A stretch of 62,813 nucleotides of DNA from Candidatus Saccharimonadota bacterium (GTDB lineage Bacteria; Patescibacteriota; Saccharimonadia; Saccharimonadales; Saccharimonadaceae), in contig WRGU01000051.1 in assembly GCA_009787015.1 (NCBI GenBank), positions 1-62,813 on the forward strand, written 5' to 3'. A model generated the notes under the pieces. It searched no databases and was not told where the DNA came from. It saw only the letters and a program-made list of their open reading frames with translations. A program made the translations under genes and the position numbers. Positions 25,521-33,929 of the stretch are shown here, piece by piece; the stretch's first letter is position 1; each line of letters opens with the position of its first letter.

Positions 25521-27341
25521 ATGGTTGGGGATCGACATAATCCACAGTATCATCGGGTGCTAAGTTCGGCGCCGCGAGTTGCTCATGTGGCCGTTCCGGC
25601 GAAACATGTTGTGCATCATGTTGCACCAGTTCAACAAACCGTTGTCAATAATACAACGATAAGCAAGGTCCAGGCTCAACCCGCGGTACAGCAAGTTGCA
25701 GTTCAAAGTCAACCGCAACAAGTACAACAAGTACAACAAGCACAACCGATGCAACCGCAAAATCCACCGGTCGCGCCGAAGTTTCATCCAGTTATCGAAG
25801 AAAGATCGCCGATCATACATATGGAGGATTTATTTAATATTCCGTCCAAACCGGCGCAAAAAGTCGCCGCACCGGTGCAAAACGCCGGACAAACGAAAGT
25901 TGTACAAGAAGCGATACATGCTGTACAAGTTGCGCAACCTGTACAACCTGTACAGGTCGCACAGTCTGTCGCTCAACCCGTCCAACCCATTCAATACACT
26001 CAACCCGTTCAACGTGTTCAGTATACCCAAGGGACCCAACCGCAACAACAAATAGTCCAGCAGCAAGCAGTTCAGCAGCAACAACAACCGCAACCGACCA
26101 CCGCCATCGTGCAAGCTCAACCGCAGCTGCCACAGGTTCAAGAGCCGCAGCCGTCGACTATCTTGCCATACATTGATGCGCAAACCTATTCGCCATTTAC
26201 CCCGATCAGCAAGGCGGTCGGCGGTGAAGTTAAAAAAGAAAGCGGTCATATTACAAAGTTTGCAAAGCACATCGCGGGCGGCGCCACGAAAACCGCCAAG
26301 CACGTGCATAAGTTAGCAAAACATCTGACGGGTAAGAAAAAATCCGCAGCGCAAACAGCGGTCCAGGCGGCGACGTCGCTCGCGTCGCAATTTACACCCG
26401 GCGTGTCGCCGAGCGCGTTTTTGTCGCCAGCATCGGGCGATGATTCGATTTTTCAATCCGTTGCGCCCGCACCGCGTGTCAATGTGACCGAACAAGTTTT
26501 GGCATCCGCGACATCGCAACAACCGACGGTTCGCGAAACCCCCAACATGCCGACCACGGTGGATAGTTATGGGGCGGTTGCTATTGCTGACGATGGTTTT
26601 CTCGGCAAACTAAGTCGTTTGAGCAACACAAAGATCACTTTTTCGATTAATATTAAGAAGAAGCAGGTTTTCGCGATCCTGCGAACGATTTTAATTCTGA
26701 CGATTTTGGCGATCAGTGGTTATTTGGCGTGGGATACGTGGATGACCAATCGCGAGGCGCACGAAATGTTTTCGAGCCCGACATCGACACTTTCGATCAA
26801 TTCGATCGCGGCGGTTGATGCGGACAATCCGGATGCGCTCGACACCACGTCGGTCAGCAACCAAGCAATCACGACACACAGCGTACCAGCAGATCAGCCG
26901 CGTTACATTTCGATTCCGGCGATTGGCGTTAAAAACGCCCGCGTGTTCAGTGTCGGCGTCAACAGCGACGGTAATATTGACGTACCGAAAAACGTCAATG
27001 ATGCAGCATGGTATGACGGTAGCGCCAAACCTGGACAAAATGGCGCGGTGTTTATCGACGGACATACTTCGTTTAGCCGTTCGTACAAGGGCATATTTGA
27101 TGACTTAGGCAAACTGAACGTTGATGACAAAATCACGATCGAGCGTGGCGACGGCAAAAGTTTCACTTACAAGATCGTCAACAAAGAAACCAAACCTCGC
27201 TCTGAGGTCGATATGAACAAAGCGTTAAACGTCCAAGGCGGCGCGGCGCAAGGGCTGACCTTGATGACTTGCGCCGGTCGATATGATTACCGCAGTGGCA
27301 GCGCATCGGATCGCCTGATCATCTATGCAGTGTTGGAATAG
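25521..27341 (+). CDS. Sortase with about 400-aa Gln/Val/Pro-rich low-complexity N-terminal region
   Basis: C-terminal FIDGHTS, LTLMTCAG, RLIIYA; one TM (ILRTILILTILAISGYLAW). Start at MVGDRH with a GAGGAAGG SD. Confidence 0.75.
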   Translation: MVGDRHNPQYHRVLSSAPRVAHVAVPAKHVVHHVAPVQQTVVNNTTISKVQAQPAVQQVAVQSQPQQVQQVQQAQPMQPQNPPVAPKFHPVIEERSPIIHMEDLFNIPSKPAQKVAAPVQNAGQTKVVQEAIHAVQVAQPVQPVQVAQSVAQPVQPIQYTQPVQRVQYTQGTQPQQQIVQQQAVQQQQQPQPTTAIVQAQPQLPQVQEPQPSTILPYIDAQTYSPFTPISKAVGGEVKKESGHITKFAKHIAGGATKTAKHVHKLAKHLTGKKKSAAQTAVQAATSLASQFTPGVSPSAFLSPASGDDSIFQSVAPAPRVNVTEQVLASATSQQPTVRETPNMPTTVDSYGAVAIADDGFLGKLSRLSNTKITFSINIKKKQVFAILRTILILTILAISGYLAWDTWMTNREAHEMFSSPTSTLSINSIAAVDADNPDALDTTSVSNQAITTHSVPADQPRYISIPAIGVKNARVFSVGVNSDGNIDVPKNVNDAAWYDGSAKPGQNGAVFIDGHTSFSRSYKGIFDDLGKLNVDDKITIERGDGKSFTYKIVNKETKPRSEVDMNKALNVQGGAAQGLTLMTCAGRYDYRSGSASDRLIIYAVLE

Positions 27342-27404
27342 GGAAGCAGAGCGCCTCTTTTGGGCGCACTTGACAAATTAAAGTGCTTGTGCTATACTGT
27401 CTAC

Positions 27405-27440
27405 ACGCGACCACCATATCGCGTGTGTTTAGTGTTGGCA
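27405..27440 (+). ncRNA. Candidate small/antisense RNA (module S, subtype 1, copy 1)
   Basis: TTGACA (27370..27375), 17 nt, TGTGC-TATACT (27393..27398). Perfect 8-bp hairpin ACACGCGA/TCGCGTGT (27403..27426), tail GTTTAGTGTTGG. No same-strand gene downstream; it runs into the ftsX 3' end. Confidence 0.45.
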
Positions 27441-27444
27441 AAAA

Positions 27445-28467
27445 TTATTTCAAATATTTCCGTACCGCGAGTCGGGCAGAAACGTAACCGATTGTCATGC
27501 CGATGAACATCATCGCGCCGAAAATTGCATACCACCAAGTTGTCATGAGCGATCCGATACCACTAACCGCGATGCCGTGGCGTTCAATTTCCGGTAGAAC
27601 GTTGATGATGCCGAAATAGCCAATGACGGTGGAGATAATTGCGGCGAAAAATCCGTACATTTGGGCTTCGATGAGGAACGGTCCGCGGATAAAATGTTTA
27701 TCTGCGCCGATGGTGCGCATCATATCGATTTCTTCGCGGCGGCTGAAAATCGCCATGCGGATAGTATTAAAGATGATTAGAATCGAGATCAGCAGCAGTA
27801 TCGAACCCGCGCCGATACCGATTTTTTGCGCCAGATTCGACCAGCCAATAATTTTTTCAACGGTGTTTTTTGTACTGCTTTTGTCGTAACTGGGTTTGTA
27901 TACGGCTTCTTCGCTCAACCACTCCTTGAAATCAGTGTCATTTTCGACAACTTTTTTGATTGGTGCGATGTTGTTGGGGTTTTTAATCTTGAATGCTAAT
28001 CTGGACGGAAAAATATCACTCAGATCAACGCCGCTCTCAACGATCAAATTTATTTGTCCCATGGCGACCTGGTCGTACTTGTTTTCTTCTATATATTTAT
28101 TAAAAACAGCACTGGAATTTTCGTATTCGACGGAATCGGGTATGACATTTTCGGTCATTTTCATTTTGCCCGCCAAAACGCGCAAAGTATCGTCGCTAGT
28201 TTCCGATTTGAAGAAAATGGTGACGTCGTTGATTTTTTCATTCATGATGACAACGGTGTTGGACAACATTTGACTAATGATGACGGCGACAAAGAGAAAT
28301 AATAATGTGATCGTCATAACGGCGGTTGCGGCGACCGATAACCAAGTATTGCGCACGAAATTGCGGAAACCGTAACTGGTACTGCGGGTTCTGATGATCA
28401 TGTGGCGCCGATGGTGGTGGCTGTGGCGCAATTGTTTGTGAATATTTTTACTGTCTTCACTTGCCAT
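27445..28467 (-). CDS. ftsX: Cell-division ABC transporter permease FtsX
   Basis: Four TM with a large first extracellular loop; overlaps ftsE by 11 nt. Confidence 0.8.
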   Translation of the reverse strand: MASEDSKNIHKQLRHSHHHRRHMIIRTRSTSYGFRNFVRNTWLSVAATAVMTITLLFLFVAVIISQMLSNTVVIMNEKINDVTIFFKSETSDDTLRVLAGKMKMTENVIPDSVEYENSSAVFNKYIEENKYDQVAMGQINLIVESGVDLSDIFPSRLAFKIKNPNNIAPIKKVVENDTDFKEWLSEEAVYKPSYDKSSTKNTVEKIIGWSNLAQKIGIGAGSILLLISILIIFNTIRMAIFSRREEIDMMRTIGADKHFIRGPFLIEAQMYGFFAAIISTVIGYFGIINVLPEIERHGIAVSGIGSLMTTWWYAIFGAMMFIGMTIGYVSARLAVRKYLK

Positions 28468-29146
28468 CTTTTACTCCTCCGTGTTTTATGTCATGAGTAA
28501 TGCGCCCGTCTTCGATCGTGATGGTGCGCGTATTTAATCGATTAACAATATCCATCGAATGCGTAATTAAAACAACCGTTGTGCCGAACTTGTTAATTTT
28601 GGTCAGCAGTTTAACGATTTCCATACTATTGCGCACATCGAGGTTGCCGGTTGGTTCGTCGGCGATCAGGATTTTTGGTTGCCGCACCATGGCGCGGGCG
28701 ATTGCGACGCGCTGGCGTTCGCCGCCGGACAACTCGTCGGGAAAGTTTTTTTCTTTGCCATGCAACCCGACCAATTCCAAAATCACCGGCACGTTTTTCT
28801 TGATTTCCTTATTGGTATGTCCCGAGATTTCGAGCGATAATGCGACGTTTTCGAAAACCGTGCGGTTGGGGAGGAGTTTGAAATCCTGAAACACCACGCC
28901 GATTTTTTGGCGCAGGAGGGGAATATCGCGTTCGTCCAATAAATCATAATCGATCCCGCCAACGATGATTTTTCCAGAATCCGGTTTTTCTTCGCGAATC
29001 AATAGTTTTAATAATGTCGATTTGCCCGCGCCGCTCGGTCCGACCAAAATCGCAAATTCGCGCGACGCGATGTGCAGCGACACATTGTCCAGCGCCGGTC
29101 GGAAAGCGCGCTTATAAGTTTTACTGACACGATCTAAAATTATCAT
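28457..29146 (-). CDS. ftsE: Cell-division ABC transporter ATPase FtsE
   Basis: Walker A GPSGAGKST, signature LSGGERQR, Walker B ILIADEP. Start at MIILDRV with an AGTGAGGT SD. Confidence 0.85.
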   Translation of the reverse strand: MIILDRVSKTYKRAFRPALDNVSLHIASREFAILVGPSGAGKSTLLKLLIREEKPDSGKIIVGGIDYDLLDERDIPLLRQKIGVVFQDFKLLPNRTVFENVALSLEISGHTNKEIKKNVPVILELVGLHGKEKNFPDELSGGERQRVAIARAMVRQPKILIADEPTGNLDVRNSMEIVKLLTKINKFGTTVVLITHSMDIVNRLNTRTITIEDGRITHDIKHGGVKDGK

Positions 29147-29377
29147 GAATACCTCACTTTGAATAACATGCTCCCGCTCGTACAAATTAACATAACAACA
29201 TTGTAACACAAAATTTTTAATTACCAAAACGTAAGGTCTTCAATTCCAACCCAAACCACTCCACCCGCGAAAACTAGAGGGGTGTAAGGCGGGTCGACGG
29301 GAGATCCGGGGACGCGAAGCGGAGCCGGTGGAAATCCCTGTCGACCACAAAAGACATTAACCTGCTCGGAATATTTC

Positions 29378-30310
29378 TGTAGAATAGTGTTTGCAAAATA
29401 ACAATTAACTCTACAGAAAGGAGACAGGTATAATGTCTTACTCACATCTTACCACAGAAAATCGTGTGGTCATAGAAACTTTAATTCGCGAGGGTTTGTC
29501 TCATCGCCGAATAGCAAGACGATTAGGGTGCAGTCACAGTACTATCTCGGCGGAAGTACGGAGGAATTCGAATAGTCATGGGAACTATCGCTGGTATTAT
29601 GCCAGCAAAGAAACTGCTAGCAGAAGGCGAATTGCCAATCAGCGGTTTAGGGTGCTGTCTACCAACAAGGATATGTCCAACAATAACTCTCGGCTAACAC
29701 GCATAGTAATAGAAGGACTAAGAAAGAACTGGAGTCCAGAGCAGATTTCTGGGAGGTTTAAGAGGACCACTGGCGTAGTAATTGCTGTTCAAACCATATA
29801 TGACTGGATCTATCAATCGACATTAGACCGTCACACGTTGAGCATCGCTCCAGGATAGGTCATTTTGAGGGAGATACTAGGAATCTGTCCATGGACGAAC
29901 AAAAATCACTGCGCAAGACCCTAGCCCTCAAATTTGCAGATGCTGCCAGTCGGCTATTTAACGAGCAGATACGAAAGAAATACCAGAAAACCCTAACCCT
30001 CGACAACGGCAGCGAAATGAGCGGTTTTGAATGGATTGAAAGACAAACGAGACTCAGCGTGTTCTTTGCACACGCCTACCATTCATGGGAGAGAGGAACG
30101 AATGAAAACACTAACGGGCTGCTGCGATTCTACTTTCCCAAGAAGATGACGTTTACATACTTAACAGACGAGATAGTTGACAAAGCGGTCGAAGAGATCA
30201 ATAATAGACCACGTAAACGCCTAGGCTACAGAACACCAGCAGAAGTCATGAAGCGGAATGGTGTGCTGGTTGGGGGTGGAATGTAGGGCGTGGCGCTTGA
30301 AAACACAATC
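29378..30310 (+). mobile_element. Decayed IS30-family insertion sequence (about 0.93 kb)
   Basis: Transposase remnants flanked by imperfect inverted repeats: rc(29383..29396) is TTGCAAACACTATT versus 30297..30310 TTGAAAACACAATC, 11/14 match. Confidence 0.55.
29433..30286 (+). pseudogene. IS30-family DDE transposase, frameshifted with internal deletions
   Basis: N-terminal HTH (LSHRRIARRLGCSHSTISAEVRRN), WSPEQISG. After a frame change: RPSHVEHRSRIGHFEGDT, TLDNGSEM, ERGTNENTNGLLRFYFPK. Stop at 29856..29858; the spacings between D, D and E are shortened. Confidence 0.75.
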
Positions 30311-30334
30311 AAAATGCTGTATAATGATAGTATC

Positions 30335-31504
30335 ATGGGTAGAAATGTCTTTTCGCGGCGAAATCTGAAACATCGGGTGATGGGATTGGTTTCGGTGATT
30401 TTGATAGCGGCGTTTATGATGCAGATTTTGCCGTTGCCGCAAATTTCGTCCGCGCTCACGAACGAGGAATACGATGCGAAGATTAAGGAATTACAGGGTC
30501 AGGTTGATGGTTATCGCAACAGGGCGGCAGAACTGGCGCTACAATCCGAAACTTTGAATGGCGCAATTGCGCAGCTACAACTCCAACAGGACGAGATCCA
30601 GGCGGAAATCGACCTTAATAATGCCAAACTCGATAAATTAAATGCGGAAATTACTGAAAACGAAATCAAGATGAAGAAGCAGAGCGAAGCGCTCGCCAGA
30701 TCGATCGCCGCCGCATATATTACCGGTCAACCATCGTCATTGGAGGTTTTGGCGAATAGCAACACCTTGAACGATTACATCAATAGCAAGTCGCAAGAAG
30801 AAGCGTTGCAAGCGCAATTAAATAGTTTAACTAATCAAATTAACAGAATTAAAAAAGAGTTGCAGGTCCAGAAGTACAAAGTCGAAACGATTTTGCAGGA
30901 TCAAACATCGCGTCGCGATCAAATCGCGGCAAGCAAGCAACGGCAGCAAGAATTATTATCCCAAACCAAGGGGCAGGAAGCGGAATTTCAGAGGATGGTC
31001 AAGGATAACAACCGCGAAATTTCCCGATTGCGCGCCGAGCAGGAAGCCGCCAACCGTGCGGCGGGTATTGGCATCGGTGTGGTGGCGGGCGATCCTAATC
31101 GCGGCGGGTATCCGGATTATTTGAACAATGCGCCGCAAGATGCGTTGGTTGATCCGTGGGGAATGTATAATCGCGAGTGCGTGTCGTACACGGCGTGGAA
31201 AGTCTATCAATCCTATGGCAATATGCCGTATTGGGGCGGGCATGGCAATGCTAATCAGTGGGTGGGCAACGCTCGTGCCGTCGGTATTCCAACCGGTTCG
31301 ACGCCGAAAGTTGGTTCGGTCGGTGCGACCTCTGTCGGTGTTTACGGTCACGTGGTTTGGGTCGAGGCGGTCAGCGGCGATGGCAGCAAGGTTTACGTAT
31401 CGCAATACAACGTGCCAATCAACGGCAGATGGGGCATGTACAGCGAACAATGGATCGACGCATCAAAATACACTTATATTTATTTTGGCGAGTGGAATCG
31501 CTAA
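30335..31504 (+). CDS. Secreted coiled-coil + CHAP-domain peptidoglycan hydrolase (PcsB-like architecture)
   Basis: Signal/TM, about 230-aa heptad-rich region, C-terminal CHAP (NRECVSYTAWKV.., GHVVWVEAV). Confidence 0.75.
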   Translation: MGRNVFSRRNLKHRVMGLVSVILIAAFMMQILPLPQISSALTNEEYDAKIKELQGQVDGYRNRAAELALQSETLNGAIAQLQLQQDEIQAEIDLNNAKLDKLNAEITENEIKMKKQSEALARSIAAAYITGQPSSLEVLANSNTLNDYINSKSQEEALQAQLNSLTNQINRIKKELQVQKYKVETILQDQTSRRDQIAASKQRQQELLSQTKGQEAEFQRMVKDNNREISRLRAEQEAANRAAGIGIGVVAGDPNRGGYPDYLNNAPQDALVDPWGMYNRECVSYTAWKVYQSYGNMPYWGGHGNANQWVGNARAVGIPTGSTPKVGSVGATSVGVYGHVVWVEAVSGDGSKVYVSQYNVPINGRWGMYSEQWIDASKYTYIYFGEWNR

Positions 31505-31512
31505 GTTACTAT

Positions 31513-31590
31513 AGCCGCTCCTACTCACCGTTTCGTCCCACCTCACTCACAGAGCAAGAGGTCGGTGGTCCGAAACGGTTCGAGTCGCTA
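31513..31590 (-). repeat. Family A element (short subtype)
   Basis: AGCCGCTCCTACTCACCGTTTCGTCC..CACAGAGCAAGAGGTCGG..CGAAACGGTTCGAGTCGCTA; close reverse-complement match to 48336..48411. Confidence 0.85.
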
Positions 31591-31633
31591 GGCGTTTTTC
31601 AGTTTTATTTATGTTTATGCTAAAATAGTTGTC

Positions 31634-32908
31634 ATGAAAGTAACAATGAATCCAACGAACCTGAACGAGAACAGTAATCCTTTTAATGCCGGCGGACAGC
31701 CAAATTTTCAGAGTACGAGATCGAACAGGCCATCGATGAGCCTGAAACAGACCATCGGCGTGTCGGTGGCGACATGCGTTGTCACGGCGTTTTTGGTCGG
31801 GGTGATTGGTTTCGCGATTGGCACAAAATACCAAAGTTTTTATCGCGTCATCAATAAAAGCGGATCACTAGATTATTCGGAATTGGACGCCGTATATGCG
31901 CAGTTGCAGGAAAATTACGATGGAAAATTAGATAAAGATAGATTGATCAAGGGTGCGGCAGCGGGCATGGCGGCAGCGGTCGGCGATCCTTACACGAATT
32001 ATTTTACAGAGGATGAGGCGAATAGTTTTCTGAATGATTTGAGTGGTCAGTTTGAGGGGATCGGGGCAGAACTCGGCACAAATAAGGACGGACAATTGGA
32101 AGTGGTCGCACCGCTCGATGACAGCCCAGCCAAAAAAGCCGGTTTGCAACCGCACGACGTCATTGTGGCGATCGACAGCAGAAACTCCATAACCATGTCG
32201 CCATCCGAAGCGATCACGTTGATTCGCGGCAAAGCTGGAACTGTTGTAAAACTGACAATAATGCGCGGTTCGGAAACCAAGGAATTTTCCATTACGCGCG
32301 CGACAATCGCCAACCCCAGTGTAAAATGGGAAATCAAGGATAACAACATCGGTTACATCCGAATCTCGCAATTCGGGGACGACACCGCGACATTAACGCG
32401 CAAAGCCGCCCGAGAGTTGAAGGACAAGAAAGTCAAAGGCATAATCCTCGACCTGCGCGGCAATGGCGGCGGTTATGTTGATGCCGCGAAATCGGTTGTG
32501 AGTTTGTGGTTGTCATCGGGATCGGTGATCGTCCAGGAAAAAGCGGGCGATAAAGTCGTCGGCACAGAGAAAGCTTCGGGCAACAATATCTTGAACGGCG
32601 TTAAAACCATCGTTTTGATCGACGGCGGCACGGCAAGCGCGTCCGAAATTGTGGCTGGCGCATTGCATGACCACAAAGCGGCGACTTTGGTCGGCGTGAA
32701 AACCTACGGCAAGGGCGTTGTGCAACAGCTATTTCCGTTGGATTCTGGCGCGGAGGTAAAAATTACTATCGCCAAGTGGTACACGCCGAACGGTAATAAC
32801 ATCGACCGAACCGGCATTAGTCCCGACGTGAAAGTTGAAATTACCACCGAACAATACGCTGCTGGCGATGACGCGCAACTTGGCAAAGCGCTTGAGATGT
32901 TAAAGTAA
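31634..32908 (+). CDS. Carboxy-terminal processing (S41) peptidase with PDZ domain
   Basis: GIILDLRGNGGG, GTASASEIVAG, PDZ-like GLQPHDVIVAID. Confidence 0.85.
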   Translation: MKVTMNPTNLNENSNPFNAGGQPNFQSTRSNRPSMSLKQTIGVSVATCVVTAFLVGVIGFAIGTKYQSFYRVINKSGSLDYSELDAVYAQLQENYDGKLDKDRLIKGAAAGMAAAVGDPYTNYFTEDEANSFLNDLSGQFEGIGAELGTNKDGQLEVVAPLDDSPAKKAGLQPHDVIVAIDSRNSITMSPSEAITLIRGKAGTVVKLTIMRGSETKEFSITRATIANPSVKWEIKDNNIGYIRISQFGDDTATLTRKAARELKDKKVKGIILDLRGNGGGYVDAAKSVVSLWLSSGSVIVQEKAGDKVVGTEKASGNNILNGVKTIVLIDGGTASASEIVAGALHDHKAATLVGVKTYGKGVVQQLFPLDSGAEVKITIAKWYTPNGNNIDRTGISPDVKVEITTEQYAAGDDAQLGKALEMLK

Positions 32909-32922
32909 GCAATTTACGCTCC

Positions 32923-33025
32923 ATCGAACCATTACTCCCGCGCCGTTCCGCGCGCCCGTCGTCACGGGGCTTGTCACTGACTTTCTCGCCGTCCTTCGAT
33001 AATCGCGCGGAAGCAATGGTTCGAT
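32923..33025. repeat. 103-nt long-range inverted repeat, possibly a diverged family A relative
   Basis: ATCGAACCATTACTCCCGCGC (left) versus GCGCGGAAGCAATGGTTCGAT (right), about 19/22 complementary. The interior CTTTCTCGCCGTCCTTCG resembles the family A arm. Confidence 0.4.
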
Positions 33026-33065
33026 TCCGCTTGCATAAATTTATCAAAAGCGTTATAATGGTGGT

Positions 33066-33479
33066 ATGGAGCAAAAAAAGAAAATATTATTGGTCGAAGA
33101 TGACAACACATTGGCATCTGTTTATCAGCAACGTTTAATTTTGGAAGGTTTCGATGTCCGACACGCCGAAAACGGGGAGGACGCGCTATCGATCGCGGTC
33201 GATTACACGCCGGATTTGGTGTTACTCGATATTATGATGCCGAAATTGGACGGTTTCGACGTGTTGGATATTTTGCGAAACACCCCGTCAACGCGCAACG
33301 TGCATGTGATCATGCTAACCGCGCTGGGTCAACCCAAAGATGTCGAACGCGCCAAAAGTTTGGGTGCGGACGATTTTCTTATCAAATCACAAGTCGTTAT
33401 CGGTGATGTCGTTGAACATATCAAACAACAACTCGGCGGGGCGGCGGAAGCAGAAGAAACGGCGGCTGCCGCGGAATAG
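33066..33479 (+). CDS. Stand-alone receiver-domain response regulator
   Basis: LLVEDD, DLVLLDIMMPKLDG, IMLTALG, DDFLIKS. Leaderless: TTGCAT, 17 nt, TATAAT (33054..33059) + 6 nt. Confidence 0.8.
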   Translation: MEQKKKILLVEDDNTLASVYQQRLILEGFDVRHAENGEDALSIAVDYTPDLVLLDIMMPKLDGFDVLDILRNTPSTRNVHVIMLTALGQPKDVERAKSLGADDFLIKSQVVIGDVVEHIKQQLGGAAEAEETAAAAE

Positions 33480-33513
33480 CAACCACGAGCGAATTTGGGG
33501 GACTTTTTATCTT

Positions 33514-33585
33514 GTCATTGCGAACGGAGTGAAGCGATCTACTTGCGATCCCGAAACGAGATCGCTTCGTTTCACTCGCAATGAC
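33514..33585. repeat. Family B inverted pair, possibly a bidirectional terminator
   Basis: GTCATTGCGAACGGAGTGAAGCGATCT ... GAGATCGCTTCGTTTCACTCGCAATGAC followed by a T-run, between convergent genes. Confidence 0.75.
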
Positions 33586-33593
33586 GGAGTTTT

Positions 33594-33869
33594 TTATTCC
33601 TCTACGCAAACCTGTGTGCGCTCAACGGTTTTGCCGGTGAAGCGGCGGATTTTGACTTTTTTGAACACGACGGTGCCATCAATCGCGGCGTGAACCGTGA
33701 AATTATAACTGGTGTATGTGCCAGGACCGGAAATTTTGGTCGCGCCGACTTGACGAACAATAATCTGACCTTTTTTGACCTTCTGACCACCAAAAATTTT
33801 GACGCCGAGGCGATGACCTGCGTTATTGTGAATGTTTTTGGACGAACCGCCCGCTTTTACATGTGACAT
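33594..33869 (-). CDS. rpmA: 50S ribosomal protein L27
   Basis: MSHVKAGGSSKN..GHRLGVK..G..IVRQ motifs. Confidence 0.95.
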   Translation of the reverse strand: MSHVKAGGSSKNIHNNAGHRLGVKIFGGQKVKKGQIIVRQVGATKISGPGTYTSYNFTVHAAIDGTVVFKKVKIRRFTGKTVERTQVCVEE

Positions 33870-33929
33870 CTTTAATACTCCTTCTGAATTTTCAATCTAT
33901 TATACATTATTTGATTTTTTTCGCAAGTG

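Noticed and set aside
25620-26110. Gln/Val/Pro-rich repetitive DNA as a possible diversity-generating retroelement target or template
   Set aside because: There is no reverse transcriptase and no second near-identical template repeat in the window. The repeats are degenerate low-complexity coding sequence.
29262-29352. Possible SRP (4.5S) RNA
   Set aside because: The conserved domain IV features (a GGAA-type tetraloop flanked by the AGCA / GGAA symmetric-loop motifs) are not present on either strand.
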